From NCBI RefSeq assembly GCF_009914755.1, contig NC_060933.1: a DNA stretch of 64,000 nt; one strand, given 5' to 3'. Position 1 is the stretch's first letter. Every line of letters starts with the position of its first letter. The notes below the pieces were generated by a model. It was given only the letters and a program-made list of their open reading frames with translations, was not told the DNA's origin and made no database searches. Made by a program: the position numbers and the translations under genes. Shown here in pieces: positions 11,601-24,964 of this stretch. Source of the DNA: the human T2T-CHM13v2.0 reference genome, Homo sapiens.

Positions 11601-14600
11601 TACATCACCTGGCTGATCCGTGCAGAGGTATCTCACAATAACCCTGTAAGCAGAGCCAAGGCAACTGTTACATCACCTGCAAGATAAGTGCAGAGATATG
11701 TCATAAATATCAAAGAAGGCAAAGCCTAGACAAGTTTTACATCACCTCAGGGAGCAGTGCAGCGATATTTCCCAATGTCCCTCCAGGCAGAGCTTAGAAA
11801 AGAGTCACATGTCCTGGGTGATCAGTGCAGAGATAAGTAACAATGCCTCCATAGGAAGAGCCTAGACAAGACTTACCTAACCCAGTGATCCGAACAGAGT
11901 GATGTCACAACGCCCTCTGTAGGCACAGAGTAGAAAACCGTTACATCACCTGGGTGATCATCGCAGAGGTATGTCACAATGCCCCCTGTAGGCAGAGCAT
12001 AGAGAAGAGTTGCACCACCTGGGTAATCAGTGCAGAGATATCTCACAATTTGCCCTGTAGTCAGAGCATAGAGAAACGTTGCATCACCTGGGTGATCAGT
12101 GCAGAGATATGTCACAATGTCCCCTGTAGGCAAAGGCTAGGCAAGGGTTACATCGCGTTTGTCATCAGTTCAGGGATATGTAAAAACGACCTGGAGGCTG
12201 GGCCTAGGCAAAAGTTATATCCACTAAGGATCAGTGCAGAGATATTTCACAATACTCCTGTAGGCAGATCCTAGTCAAGAGTTGAATCACCTGGGTGATC
12301 AGTGCAGAGATATGTCACAAAGCTCCTGTAGGCAGAACTTAGATGAGTTACATCACTTGGGTGATCAGTGCAAAGCTATGTCACACAGCCCCCTGTATGC
12401 AAAGCCTAGACAATATTTACATCACTTACTTGGGTGATCAGTGGCGAGATCTCTTACAATTCCCCTGTAGGCAGAGCTTATACAACAGTTTCATCACCTG
12501 AGTGATCAGTGCAGAGGTATGTCACAATGCCCCCATAGGCAGATCCAAGACAAGAGTCCGTCACCTGGGTGATCAGAGCAGAGATATGTGAGAATTCCCG
12601 TGTAGGCAGAGCCTCGACAAGTGTTACATAACCTAGGTTATCAGTGCCACTATAAATCATAAAGAATCCTGTAGGCAGAGCATAGACAAGAGTACCCTCC
12701 CCAGAGTGATCAGTGCAGAGATGTGTCACAAAGCCCATGTAGGCAGAGCCTTGACAAGAGTTTCATCACTTGGTGGATCAGTTCACAGATGTGTCAAAAT
12801 GTCCATGTAGGCAGGTCTAAGACAAGAGTCCATCACCCGGGTGATCAGTGAAGGGGTATGTACTAATGTACCCTGCAGTCAGTGCCTAGACAAGAGTTGC
12901 CTCACCTCAGAGATCAGTGCAGAGATATGTCACAAAGCCTCCTGTAGGCAAAGCCCATACAAGGCTTACATCTCCTAGGTGACCAATACAGTGATATGTC
13001 ACAAAAGTCCCTGAAGACAGAGCCTAGGAAAGAGTTACATCACCTGGTTTTTCAGCGCAGATACTGGACACAATGCCCCCAAAGACAGAACCTAGACAAG
13101 ACTTCCATCACCTGGGTGATCAGTGGAGAGATATGTCACCAATCCCCCTGTAGGCAGAGTATAGAGAAGAGTCCCATCACCTGGGTGATCAGTGCAGTGA
13201 TATTTCACAAAGCCCCTGTAGGCAGAGTGGTCAAGAGTTACGTAACCTAGGTGGTCTGTGCAGAGCTATGTCAAAATGCCCCTGTAGGCAGAGCCCAGAT
13301 AAATGTTACATCACCTTTGAGATCAATGCAGAGATACGTCACAATACCCCCTGTAGGTGGAGCCTAGACAAGAGTTAGATCACCTGGGTGATCAGTGCAG
13401 TGATACGTCACAATAACCCCTGTAGGTGGACCTAGACAATAGTTACATCACCTGAGTGATCAGTACAGAAATATGTCACAAAGCCGCTGTAGGCCAAGCC
13501 TAGACAAGGGTTACATCTCCTGGGTGATCAGTGCAGAAATATGTCAGAAATCCCTGTAGGCCGACCCAAGACAAGAGTTACATCTCCTGGGTGATCAGTG
13601 CAAAGATATGTCACAAAGCCCCCTGCAGACATATCCCAGAAAATTGGTACATCACCTGGGCGATCAGTGGAGATATCTGTCACAATCCCCTTTAGGCGCA
13701 GCTTAGACAAGCGTTACATCAGATGACTGATCAGTGCAGAGATATGTCGCTGTGCCCCCATAGGCAGATCCAAGACAGAAGTCCTTCACCTGGCTGATCA
13801 GTGCAGAAATATGTCACAATGCCGCCAGTAGGCAGATATAGACAAGTATTACATCACCTGTGTGATCACTTCAGAGATATGTCAAAATGCCCCTGTAGGC
13901 AGAGCCTAGACAAGAGTCACATCACCTGGGTGATCAGTGCAGAGTTATGTCACAATGCCTCCCTTTCGCAGAGCCTAGACAAAGGTTACATCACCTGGGT
14001 GATTAGGGCAGTGATATGTCACAATGCCACCTGTAAGCAGATCCCAGACACTAGTGGCATAACCTCGGTGATCAGTGCAGAGATATGTCTCAAAACACCC
14101 TGTCGGGGAAGCCTATACAAGAGTTACATAATATCGGTGATCGGTGCAGTGATATGTTAACATGCCCCTGAAGGCAGAGCCTAGACAAGAGTTACATCAC
14201 CTGGCTGATCCGTGCAGAGGTATCTCACAATAACCCTGTAAGCAGAGCCAAGGCAACTGTTACATCACCTGCGAGATAAGTGCAGAGATATGTCATAAAT
14301 ATCAAAGAAGGCAAAGCCTAGACAAGTTTTACATCACCTCAGCGAGCAGTGCAGCGATATTTCCCAATGTCCCTCTAGGCAGAGCTTAGAAAAGAGTCAC
14401 ATGTCCTGGGTGATCAGTGCAGAGATAAGTAACAATGCCTCCATAGGAAGAGCCTAGACAAGAGTTACCTAACCCAGGTGATCCGAACAGAGTGATGTCA
14501 CAACGCCCTCTGTAGGCACAGAGTAGAAAACCGTTACATCACCTGGGTGATCATCGCAGAGGTATGTCACAATGCCCCCTGTAGGCAGAGCATAGAGAAG

Positions 14601-17600
14601 AGTTGCACCACCTGGGTAATCAGTGCAGAGATATGTCACAATTTGCCCTGTAGTCAGAGCATAGAGAAACGTTGCATCACCTGGGTGATCAGTGCAGAGA
14701 TATGTCACAATGTCCCCTGTAGGCAAAGGCTAGGCAAGGGTTACATCGCGTTTGTCATCAGTTCAGGGATATGTGAAAACGACCCCGGAGGCAGGGCCTA
14801 GGCAACTGTTATATCCCCTAAGGATCAGTGCAGAGATATTTCACAATGCTCCTGTAGGCAGATCCTAGTCAAGAGTTGAATCACCTGGGTGATCAGTGCA
14901 GAGATATGTCACAAGGCTCCTGTAGGCAGAACTTAGATGAGTTACATCACTTGGGTGATCAGTGCAAAGCTATGTCACACAGCCCCCTGTATGCAAAGCC
15001 TAGACAATATTTACATCACTTACCTGGGTGATCAGTGGCGAGATCTCTTACAATTCCCCTGTAGGCAGAGCTTATACAACAGTTTCATCACCTGAGTGAT
15101 CAGTGCAGAGGTATGTCACAATGCCCCCATAGGCAGATCAAAGACAAGAGTCCGTCACCTGGGTGATCAGAGCAGAGATATGTGAGAATTCCCGTGTAGG
15201 CAGAGCCTCGACAAGTGTTACATAACCTAGGTTATCAGTGTCACTATAAATCATAAAGAATCCTGTAGGCAGAGCATAGACAAGAGTACCCTCCCCAGAG
15301 TGATCAGTGCAGAGATGTGTCACAAAGCCCATGTAGGCAGAGCCTTGACAAGAGTTTCATCACTTGGTGGATCAGTTCACAGATGTGTCAAAATGTCCAT
15401 GTAGGCATGTCTAAGACAAGAGTCCATCACCCGGGTGATCAGTGAAGGGATATGTACTAATGTCCCCTGCAGTCAGTGCCTAGAAAAGAGTTGCGTCACC
15501 TCAGAGATCAGTGCAGAGATATGTCACAAAGCCTCCTGTAGGCAAAGCCCATACAAGCCTTACATCTCCTAGGTGACCAATACAGTGATATATCACAAAA
15601 GTCCCTGAAGACAGAGCCTAGGAAAGAGTTACATAACCTGGTTTTTCAGCGCAGATACTTGACACAATGCCCCCATAGACAGAACCTAGACAAGACTTCC
15701 ATCACCTGGGTGATCAGTGGAGAGATATGTCACAAATCCCCCTGTAGGCAGAGTATAGAGAAGAGTCCCATCACCTGGGTGATCAGTGCAGTGATATTTC
15801 ACAAAGCCCCTGTAGGCAGAGTGGTCAAGAGTTACATAACCTAGGTGGTCTGTGCAGAGCTATGTCAAAATGCCCCTGTAGGCAGAGCCCAGATAAATGT
15901 TACATCACCTGGGAGTTCAGTGCAGAGATACGTCACAATACCCCCTGTAGGTGGAGCCTAGAGAAGAGTTAGATCACCTGGGTGATCAGTGCAGAGATAC
16001 GTCACAATAACCCCTGTAGGTGGACCTAGACAATAGTTACATCACCTGAGTGATCAGTACAGAAGTATGTCACAAAGCCGCTGTAGGCCAAGCCTAGACA
16101 AGGGTTACATCTCCTGGGTGATCAGTGCAGAAATATGTCAGAAATCCCTGTAGGCCGACCCAAGACAAGAGTTACATCTCCTGGGTGATCAGTGCAAAGA
16201 TATGTCACAAAGCCCCCTGCAGACATATCCCAGAAAATTGGTACATCACCTGGGCGATCAGTGGAGATATCTGTCACAATCCCCTTTAGGCGCAGCTTAG
16301 ACAAGCGTTACATCAGATGACTGATCAGTGCAGAGATATGTCGCTGTGCCCCCATAGGCAGATCCAAGACAGGAGTCCATCACCTGGCTGATCAGTGCAG
16401 AAAAATGTCACAATGCCGCCAGTAGGCAGATATAGACAAGTATTACATCACCTGTGTGATCACTTCAGAGATATGTCAAAATGCCCCTGTAGGCAGAGCC
16501 TAGACTAGAGTCTCATCACTTGGGTGATCAGTGCAGAGTTATGTCACAATGCCTCCCTTTGGCAGAGCCTAGACAATGGTTACATCACCTGGGTGATTAG
16601 GGCAGTGATATGTCACAATGCCACCTGTAAGCAGATCCCAGACACTAGTGGCATAACCTCGGTGATCAGTGCAGAGATATGTCTCAAAACACCCTGTCGG
16701 GGAAGCCTAAACAAGAGTTACATAATATCGGTGATCGGTGCAGTGATATGTTAACATGCCCCTGAAGGCAGAGCCTAGACAAGAGTTACATCACCTGGGT
16801 GATCCGTGCAGATGTATCTCACAATAACCCTGTAAGCAGAGCCAAGACAACAGTTACATCACCTGCGAGATAAGTGCAGAGATATGTCATAAATCTCAAA
16901 GAAGGCAAAGCCTAGACAAGTTTTACATCACCTCAGAGAGCAGTGCAGCGATATTTCCCAATGTCCCTCTAGGCAGAGCTTAGACAAGAGTCACATGTCC
17001 TGGGTGATCAGTGCAGAGATAAGTAACAATGCCTCCATAGGAAGAGCCTAGACAAGAGTTACCTAACCCAGGTGATCCGAACAGAGTGATGTCACAACGC
17101 CCTCTGTAGGCACAGAGTAGAAAACCGTTACATCACCTGGGTGATCATCGCAGAGGTATGTCACAACGCCCCCTGTAGGCAGAGCATAGAGAAGAGTTGC
17201 ACCACCTGGGTAATCAGTGCAGAGATATGTCACAATTTGCCCTGTAGTCAGAGCATAGAGAAACGTTGCATCACCTGGGTGATCAGTGCAGAGATATGTC
17301 ACAATGTCCCCTGTAGGCAAAGGCTAGGCAAGGGTTACATCGCGTTTGTCATCAGTTCAGTGATATGTGAAAACGACCCTGGAGGCAGGGCCTAGGCAAC
17401 TGTTATATCCCCTAATGATCAGTGCAGAGATATTTCACAATACTCCTGTAGGCAGATCCTAGTCAAGAGTTGAATCACCTGGGTGATCAGTGCAGAGATA
17501 TGTCACAAAGCTCCTGTAGGCAGAACTTAGATGAGTTACATCACTTGGGTGATCAGTGCAAAGCTATGTCACACAGCCCCCTGTATGCAAAGCCTAGACA

Positions 17601-19038
17601 ATATTTACATTACTTACTTGGGTGATCAGTGGCGAGATCTCTTACAATTCCCCTGTAGGCAGAGCTTATACAACAGTTTCATCACCTGAGTGATCAGTGC
17701 AGAGGTATGTCACAATGCCCCCATAGGCAGATCCAAGACAAGAGTCCGTCACCTGGGTGATCAGAGCAGAGATATGTGAGAATTCCCGTGTAGGCAGAGC
17801 CTCGACAAGTGTTACATAACCTAGGTTATCAGTGCCACTATAAATCATAAAGAATCCTGTAGGCAGAGCATAGACAAGACTACCCTCCCCAGAGTGATCA
17901 GTGCAGAGATGTGTCACAAAGCCCATGTAGGCAGAGCCTTGACAAGAGTTTCATCACTTGGTGGATCAGTTCACAGATGTGTCAAAATGTCCATGTAGGC
18001 AGGTCTAAGACAAGAGTCCATCACCCGGGTGATCAGTGAAGGGATATGTACTAATGTCCCCTGCAGTCAGTGCCTAGACAAGAGTTGCCTCACCTCAGAG
18101 ATCAGTGCAGAGATATGTCACAAAGCCTCCTGTAGGCAAAGCCCATACAAGGCTTACATCTCCTAGGTGACCAATACAGTGATATGTCACAAAAGTCCCT
18201 GAAGACAGAGCCTAGGAAAGAGTTACATCACCTGGTTTTTCAGCGCAGATACTTGACACAATGCCCCCATAGACAGAACCTAGACAAGACTTCCATCACC
18301 TGGGTGATCAGTGCAGAGATATGTCACAAATCCCCCTGTAGGCAGAGTATAGAGAAGAGTCCCATCACCTGGGTGATCAGTGCAGTGATATTTCACAAAG
18401 CCCCTGTAGGCAGAGTGGTCAAGAGTTACATAACCTAGGTGGTCTGTGCAGAGCTATGTCAAAATGCCCCTGTAGGCAGAGCCCAGATAAATGTTACATC
18501 ACCTGGGAGATCAGTGCAGAGATACGTCACAATACCCCCTGTAGGTGGAGCCTAGAGAAGAGTTAGATCACCTGGGTGATCAGTGCAGAGATACGTCACA
18601 ATAACCCCTGTAGGTGGACCTAGACAATAGTTACATCACCTGAGTGATCAGTACAGAAATATGTCACAAAGCCGCTGTAGGCCAAGCCTAGACAAGGGTT
18701 ACATCTCCTGGGTGATCAGTGCAGAAATATGTCAGAAATCCCTGTAGGCCGACCCAAGACAAGAGTTACATCTCCTGGGTGATCAGTGCAAAGATATGTC
18801 ACAAAGCCCCCTGCAGACATAACCCAGAAAATTGGTACATCACCTGGGCGATCAGTGGAGATATCTGTCACAATCCCCTTTAGGCGCAGCTTAGACAAGC
18901 GTTACATCAGATGACTGATCAGTGCAGAGATATGTCGCTGTGCCCCCATAGGCAGATCCAAGACAGGAGTCCATCACCTGGCTGATCAGTGCAGAAATAT
19001 GTCACAATGCCGCCAGTAGGCAGATATAGACAAGTATT

Positions 19039-21083
19039 ACATCACCTGTGTGATCACTTCAGAGATATGTCAAAATGCCGTGTAGGCAGAGCCAAGACAA
19101 GAGTCTCATCATCTGGGTGATCAGTGCAGAGTTATGTCACAATGCCTCCCTTTGGCAGAGCCTAGACAAAGGTTACATCACCTGGGTGATCTTCGCAGAG
19201 GCATATCACAATGCCCCGTGTAGGCAGAGCATAGAGAAGAGTTGCACCACCTGGGTAATCAGTGCAGAGATATGTCACAATTTGCCCTGTAGTCAGAGCA
19301 TAGAGAAACGTTGCATCACCTGGGTGATCAGTGCAGAGATATGTCACAATGTCCCCTGTAGGCAAAGGCTAGGCAAGGGTTACATCGCGTTTGTCATCAG
19401 TTCAGGGATATGTGAAAACGACCCTGGAGGCAGGGCCTAGGCAACTGTTATATCCCCTAATGATCAGTGCAGAGATATTTCACAATACTCCTGTAGGCAG
19501 ATCCTAGTCGAGAGTTGAATCACCTGGGTGATCAGTGCAGAGATATGTCACAAGGCTCCTGTAGGCAGAACTTAGATGAGTTACATCACTTGGGTGATCA
19601 GTGCAAAGCTATGTCACACAGCCCCCTGTATGCAAAGCCTAGACAATATTTACATCACTTACTGGGGTGATCAGTGGCGAGATCTCTTACAATTCCCCTG
19701 TAGGCAGAGCTTATACAACAGTTTCATCACCTGAGTGATCAGTGCAGAGGTATGTCACAATGCCCCCATAGGCAGATCCAAGACAAGAGTCCGTCACCTG
19801 GGTGATCAGAGCAGAGATATGTGAGAATTCCCGTGTAGGCAGAGCCTCGACAAGTGTTACATAACCTAGGTTATCAGTGCCACTATAAATCATAAAGAAT
19901 CCTGTTGGCAGAGCATAGACAAGAGTACCCTCCCCAGAGTGATCAGTGCAGAGATGTGTCACAAAGCCCATGCAGGCAGAGCCTTGACAAGAGTTTCATC
20001 ACTTGGTGGATCAGTTCACAGATGTGTCAAAATGTCCATGTAGGCATGTCTAAGACAAGAGTCCATCACCTGGGTGATCAGTGAAGGGATATGTACTAAT
20101 GTCCCCTGCAGTCAGTGCCTAGACAAGAGTTGCCTCACCTCAGAGATCAGTGCAGAGATATGTCACAAAGCCTCCTGTAGGCAAAGCCCATACAACGCTT
20201 ACATCTCCTAGGTGACCAATACAGTGATATGTCACAAAAGTCCCTGAAGACAGAGCCTAGGAAAGAGTTACATCACTTGGTTTTTCAGCGCAGATACTTG
20301 ACACAATGCCCCCATAGACAGAACCTAGACAAGACTTCCATCACCTGGGTGATCAGTGCAGAGATATGTCAAAAATCCCCCTGTAGGCAGAGTATAGAGA
20401 AGAGTCCCATCACCTGGGTGATCAGTGCAGTGATATTTCACAAAGCCCCTGTAGGCAGAGTGGTCAAGAGTTACATAACCTAGGTGGTCTGTGCAGAGCT
20501 ATGTCAAAATGCCCCTGTAGGCAGAGCCCAGATAAATGTTACATCACCTGGGAGATCAGTGCAGAGATACGTTACAATACCCACTGTACGTGGAGCCTAG
20601 AGAAGAGTTAGATCACCTGGGTGATCAGTGCAGGGATACGTCACAATAACCCCTGTAGGTGGACCTAAACAATAGTTACATCACCTGAGTGATCAGTACA
20701 GAAATATGTCACAAAGCCGCTGTAGGCCAAGCCTAGACAAGGATTACATCTCCTGGGTGATCAGTGCAGAAATATGTCAGAAATCCCTGTAGGCCGACCC
20801 AAGACAAGAGTTACATCTCCTGGGTGATCAGTGCAAAGATATGTCACAAAGCCCTCTGCAGACATATCCCAGAAAATTGGTACATCACCTGGGCGATCAG
20901 TGGAGATATCTGTCACAATCCCCTTTAGGCGCAGCTTAGAGAAGCGTTACATCAGATGACTGATCAGTGCAGAGATATGTCGCTGTGCCCCCATAGGCAG
21001 ATCCAAGACAGGAGTCCATCACCTGGCTGATCAGTGCAGAAATATGTCACAATGCCGCCAGTAGGCAGATATAGACAAGTATT
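19039..21083 (+). repeat. Variant HOR, 30-mer (2,045 bp), with eight monomers deleted (m3/m11 fusion)
   Basis: The start of m3 joins the body of m11 at 19172-19190. The equivalent sites in the previous unit (16579 and 17127) are 548 bp apart, and a separate 1-bp deletion near 19080 accounts for the full 549-bp shortfall. Confidence 0.93.
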
Positions 21084-24000
21084 ACATCACCTGTGTGATC
21101 ACTTCAGAGATATGTCAAAATGCCCCTGTAGGCAGAGCCTAGACAAGAGTCTCATCACCTGGGTGATCAGTGCAGAGTTATGTCACAATGCCTCCCTTTG
21201 GCAGAGCCTAGACAATGGTTACATCACCTGGGTGATTGGGGCAGTGATATGTCACAATGCCACCTGTAAGCAGATCCCAGACACTAGTGGCATAACCTCG
21301 GTGATCAGTGCAGAGATATGTCTGAAAACACCCTGTCGGGGAAGCCTATACAAGAGTTACATAATATCGGTGATCGGTGCAGTGATATGTTAACATGCCC
21401 CTGAAGGCAGAGCCTAGACAAGAGTTACATCACCAGGGTGATCCGTGCAGAGGTATCTCACAATAACCCTGTAAGCAGAGCCAAGGCAACAGTTACATCA
21501 CCTGCGAGATAAGTGCAGAGATATGTCATAAATCTCAAAGAAGGCAAAGCCTAGACAAGTTTTACATCACCTCAGCGAGCAGTGCAGCGATATTTCCCAA
21601 TGTCCCTCTAGGCAGAGCTTAGACAAGAGTCACATGTCCTGGGTGATCAGTACAGAGATAAGTAACAATGCCTCCATAGGAAGAGCCTAGACAACAGTTA
21701 CCTAACCCAGCTGATCCAAACAGAGTGACGTCACAACGCCCTCTTTAGGCACAGAGTAGAAAACCGTTACATCACCTGGGTGATCATCGCAGAGATATGT
21801 CACAACGCCCCCTGTAGGCAGAGCATAGAGAAGAGTTGCACCACCTGGGTAATCAGTGCAGAGATATGTCACAATTTGCCCTGTAGTCAGAGCATAGAGA
21901 AACGTTGCATCACCTGGGTGATCAGTGCAGAGATATGTCACAATGTCCCCTGTAGGCAAAGGCTAGGCAAGGGTTACATCGCGTTTGTCATCAGTTCAGG
22001 GATATGTGAAAACGACCCTGGAGGCAGGGCCTAGGCAACTGTTATATCCCCTAATGATCAGTGCAGAGATATTTCACAATACTCCTGTAGGCAGATCCTA
22101 GTCAAGAGTTGAATCACCTGGGTGATCAGTGCAGAGATATGTCACAAGGCTCCTGTAGGCATAACTTAGATGAGTTACATCACTTGGGTGATCAGTGCAA
22201 AGCTATGTCACACAGCCCCCTGTATGCAAAGCCTAGACAATATTTACATCACTTACTTGGGTGATCAGTGGCGAGATCTCTTACAATTCCCCTGTAGGCA
22301 GAGCTTATACAACAGTTTCATCACCTGAGTGATCAGTGCAGAGGTATGTCACAATGCCCCCATAGGCAGATCCAAGACAAGAGTCCGTCACCTGGGTGAT
22401 CAGAGCAGAGATTTGTGAGAATTCCCGTGTAGGCAGAGCCTCGACAAGTGTTACATAACCTAGGTTATCAGTGCCACTATAAATCATAAAGAATCCTGTA
22501 GGCAGAGCATAGACAAGAGTACCCTCCCCAGAGTGATCAGTGCAGAGATGTGTCACAAAGCCCATGTAGGCAGAGCCTTGACAAGAGTTCCGTCACTTGG
22601 TGGATCAGTTCAGAGATGTGTCAAAATGTCCATGTAGGCAGGTCTAAGACAAGAGTCCATCACCCGGGTGATCTGTGAAGGGATATGTACTAATGTCCCC
22701 TGCAGTCAGTGCCTAGACAAGAGTTGCCTCACCTCAGAGATCAGTGCAGAGATATGTCACAAAGCCTCCTGTAGGCAAAGCCCATACAGGGCTTACATCT
22801 CCTAGGTGACCAATACAGTGATATGTCACAAAAGTCCCTGAAGACAGAGCCTAGGAAAGAGTTACATCACCTGGTTTTTCAGCGCAGATACTTGACACAA
22901 TGCCCCCATAGACAGAACCTAGACAAGACTTCCATCACCTGGGTGATCAGTGGAGAGATATGTCACAAATCCCCCTGTAGGCAGAGTATAGAGAAGAGTC
23001 CCATCACCTGGGTGATCAGTGCAGTGATATTTCACAAAGCCCCTGTAGGCAGAGTGGTCAAGAGTTACATAACCTAGGTGGTCTGTGCAGAGCTGTGTCA
23101 AAATGCCCCTGTAGGCAGAGCCCAGATAAATCTTACATCACCTGGGAGATCAGTGCAGAGATACGTCACAATACCCACTGTAGGTGGAGCCTAGAGAAGA
23201 GTTAGATCACCTGGGTGATCAGTGCAGGGATACGTCACAATAACCCCTGTAGGTGGACCTAGACAATAGTTACATCACCTGAGTGATCAGTACAGAAATA
23301 TGTCACAAAGCCGCTGTAGGCCAAGCCTAGACAAGGATTACATCTCCTGGGTGATCAGTGCAGAAATATGTCACAAAGCCCTGTAGGCCGACCCAAGACA
23401 AGAGTTACATCTCCTGGGTGATCAGTGCAAAGATATGTCACAAAGCCATCTGCAGACATATCCCAGAAAATTGGTACATCACCTGGGCGATCAGTGGAGA
23501 TATCTGTCACAATCCCCTTTAGGCGCAGCTTAGAGAAGCGTTACATCAGATGACTGATCAGTGCAGAGATATGTCGCTGTGCCCCCATAGGCAGATCCAA
23601 GACAGGAGTCCATCACCTGGCTGATCAGTGCAGAAATATGTCACAATGCCGCCAGTAGGCAGATATAGACAAGTATTACATCACCTGTGTGATCACTTCA
23701 GAGATATGTCAAAATGCCCCTGTAGGCAGAGCCTAGACAAGAGTCTCATCACCTGGGTGATCAGTGCAGAGTTATGTCACAATGCCTCCCTTTGGCAGAG
23801 CCTAGACAATGGTTACATCACCTGGGTGATTAGGGCAGTGATATGTCACAATGCCACCTGTAAGCAGATCCCAGACACTAGTGGCATAACCTCGGTGATC
23901 AGTGCAGATATATGTCTCAAAACACCCTGTCGGGGAAGCCTATACAAGAGTTACTTAATATCGGTGATCGGTGCAGTGATATGTTAACATGCCCCTGAAG

Positions 24001-24964
24001 GCAGAGCCTAGACAAGAGTTACATCACCTGCGTGATCCGTGCAGAGGTATCTCACAATAACCCTGTAAGCAGAGCCAAGGCAACAGTTACATCACCTGCG
24101 AGATAAGTGCAGAGATATGTCATAAATCTCAAAGAAGGCAAAGCCTAGACAAGTTTTACATCTCCTCAGCCAGCAGTGCAGCGATATTTCCCAATGTCCC
24201 TCTAGGCAGAGCTTAGACAAGAGTCACATGTCCTGGGTGATCAGTGCAGAGATAAGTAACAATGCCTCCATAGGAAGAGCCTAGACAAGAGTTACCTAAC
24301 CCAGGTGATCCGAACAGAGTGATGACACAACGCCCTCTGTAGGCACAGACTAGAAAACCGTTACATCACCTGGGTGATCATCGCAGAGATCTGTCACAAT
24401 GCCCCCTGTAGGCAGAGCATAGAGAAGAGTTGCACCACCTGGGTAATCAGTGCAGAGATATGTCACAATTTGCCCTGTAGTCAGAGCATAGAGAAACGTT
24501 GCATCACCTGGGTGATCAGTGCAGAGATATGTCACAATGTCCCCTGTAGGCAAAGGCTAGCCAAGGGTTACATCGCGTTTGTCATCAGTTCAGGGATATG
24601 TGAAAACGACCCTGGAGGCAGGGCCTAGGCAACTGTTATATCCCCTAATGATCGGTGCAGAGATATTTCACAATACTCCTGTAGGCAGATCCTAGTCAAG
24701 AGTTGAATCACCTGGGTGATCAGTGCAGAGATATGTCACAAAGCTCCTGTAGGCATAACTTAGATGAGTTACATCACTTGGGTGATCAGTGCAAAGCTAT
24801 GTCACACAGCCCCCTGTATGCAAAGCCTAGACAATATTTACATCACTTACTTGGGTGATCAGTGGCGAGATCTCTTACAATTCCCCTGTAGGCAGAGCTT
24901 ATACAACAGTTTCATCACCTGAGTGATCAGTGCAGAGGTATGACACAATGCCCCCATAGGCAGA

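Larger units (their letters stand above)
1..24912 (+). repeat. HOR subfamily A block (5')
   Basis: Diagnostic words include TGGTGGATCAGTTCACAG, GCAGGTCTAAG, CCCCTGCAGTCAGTG, CTCACCTCAGAG, CTGAAGACAGAGCCTAGG, TTTTTCAGCGCAGATACTTG, ACTAGTGGC and CGGGGAAG. Confidence 0.88.
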
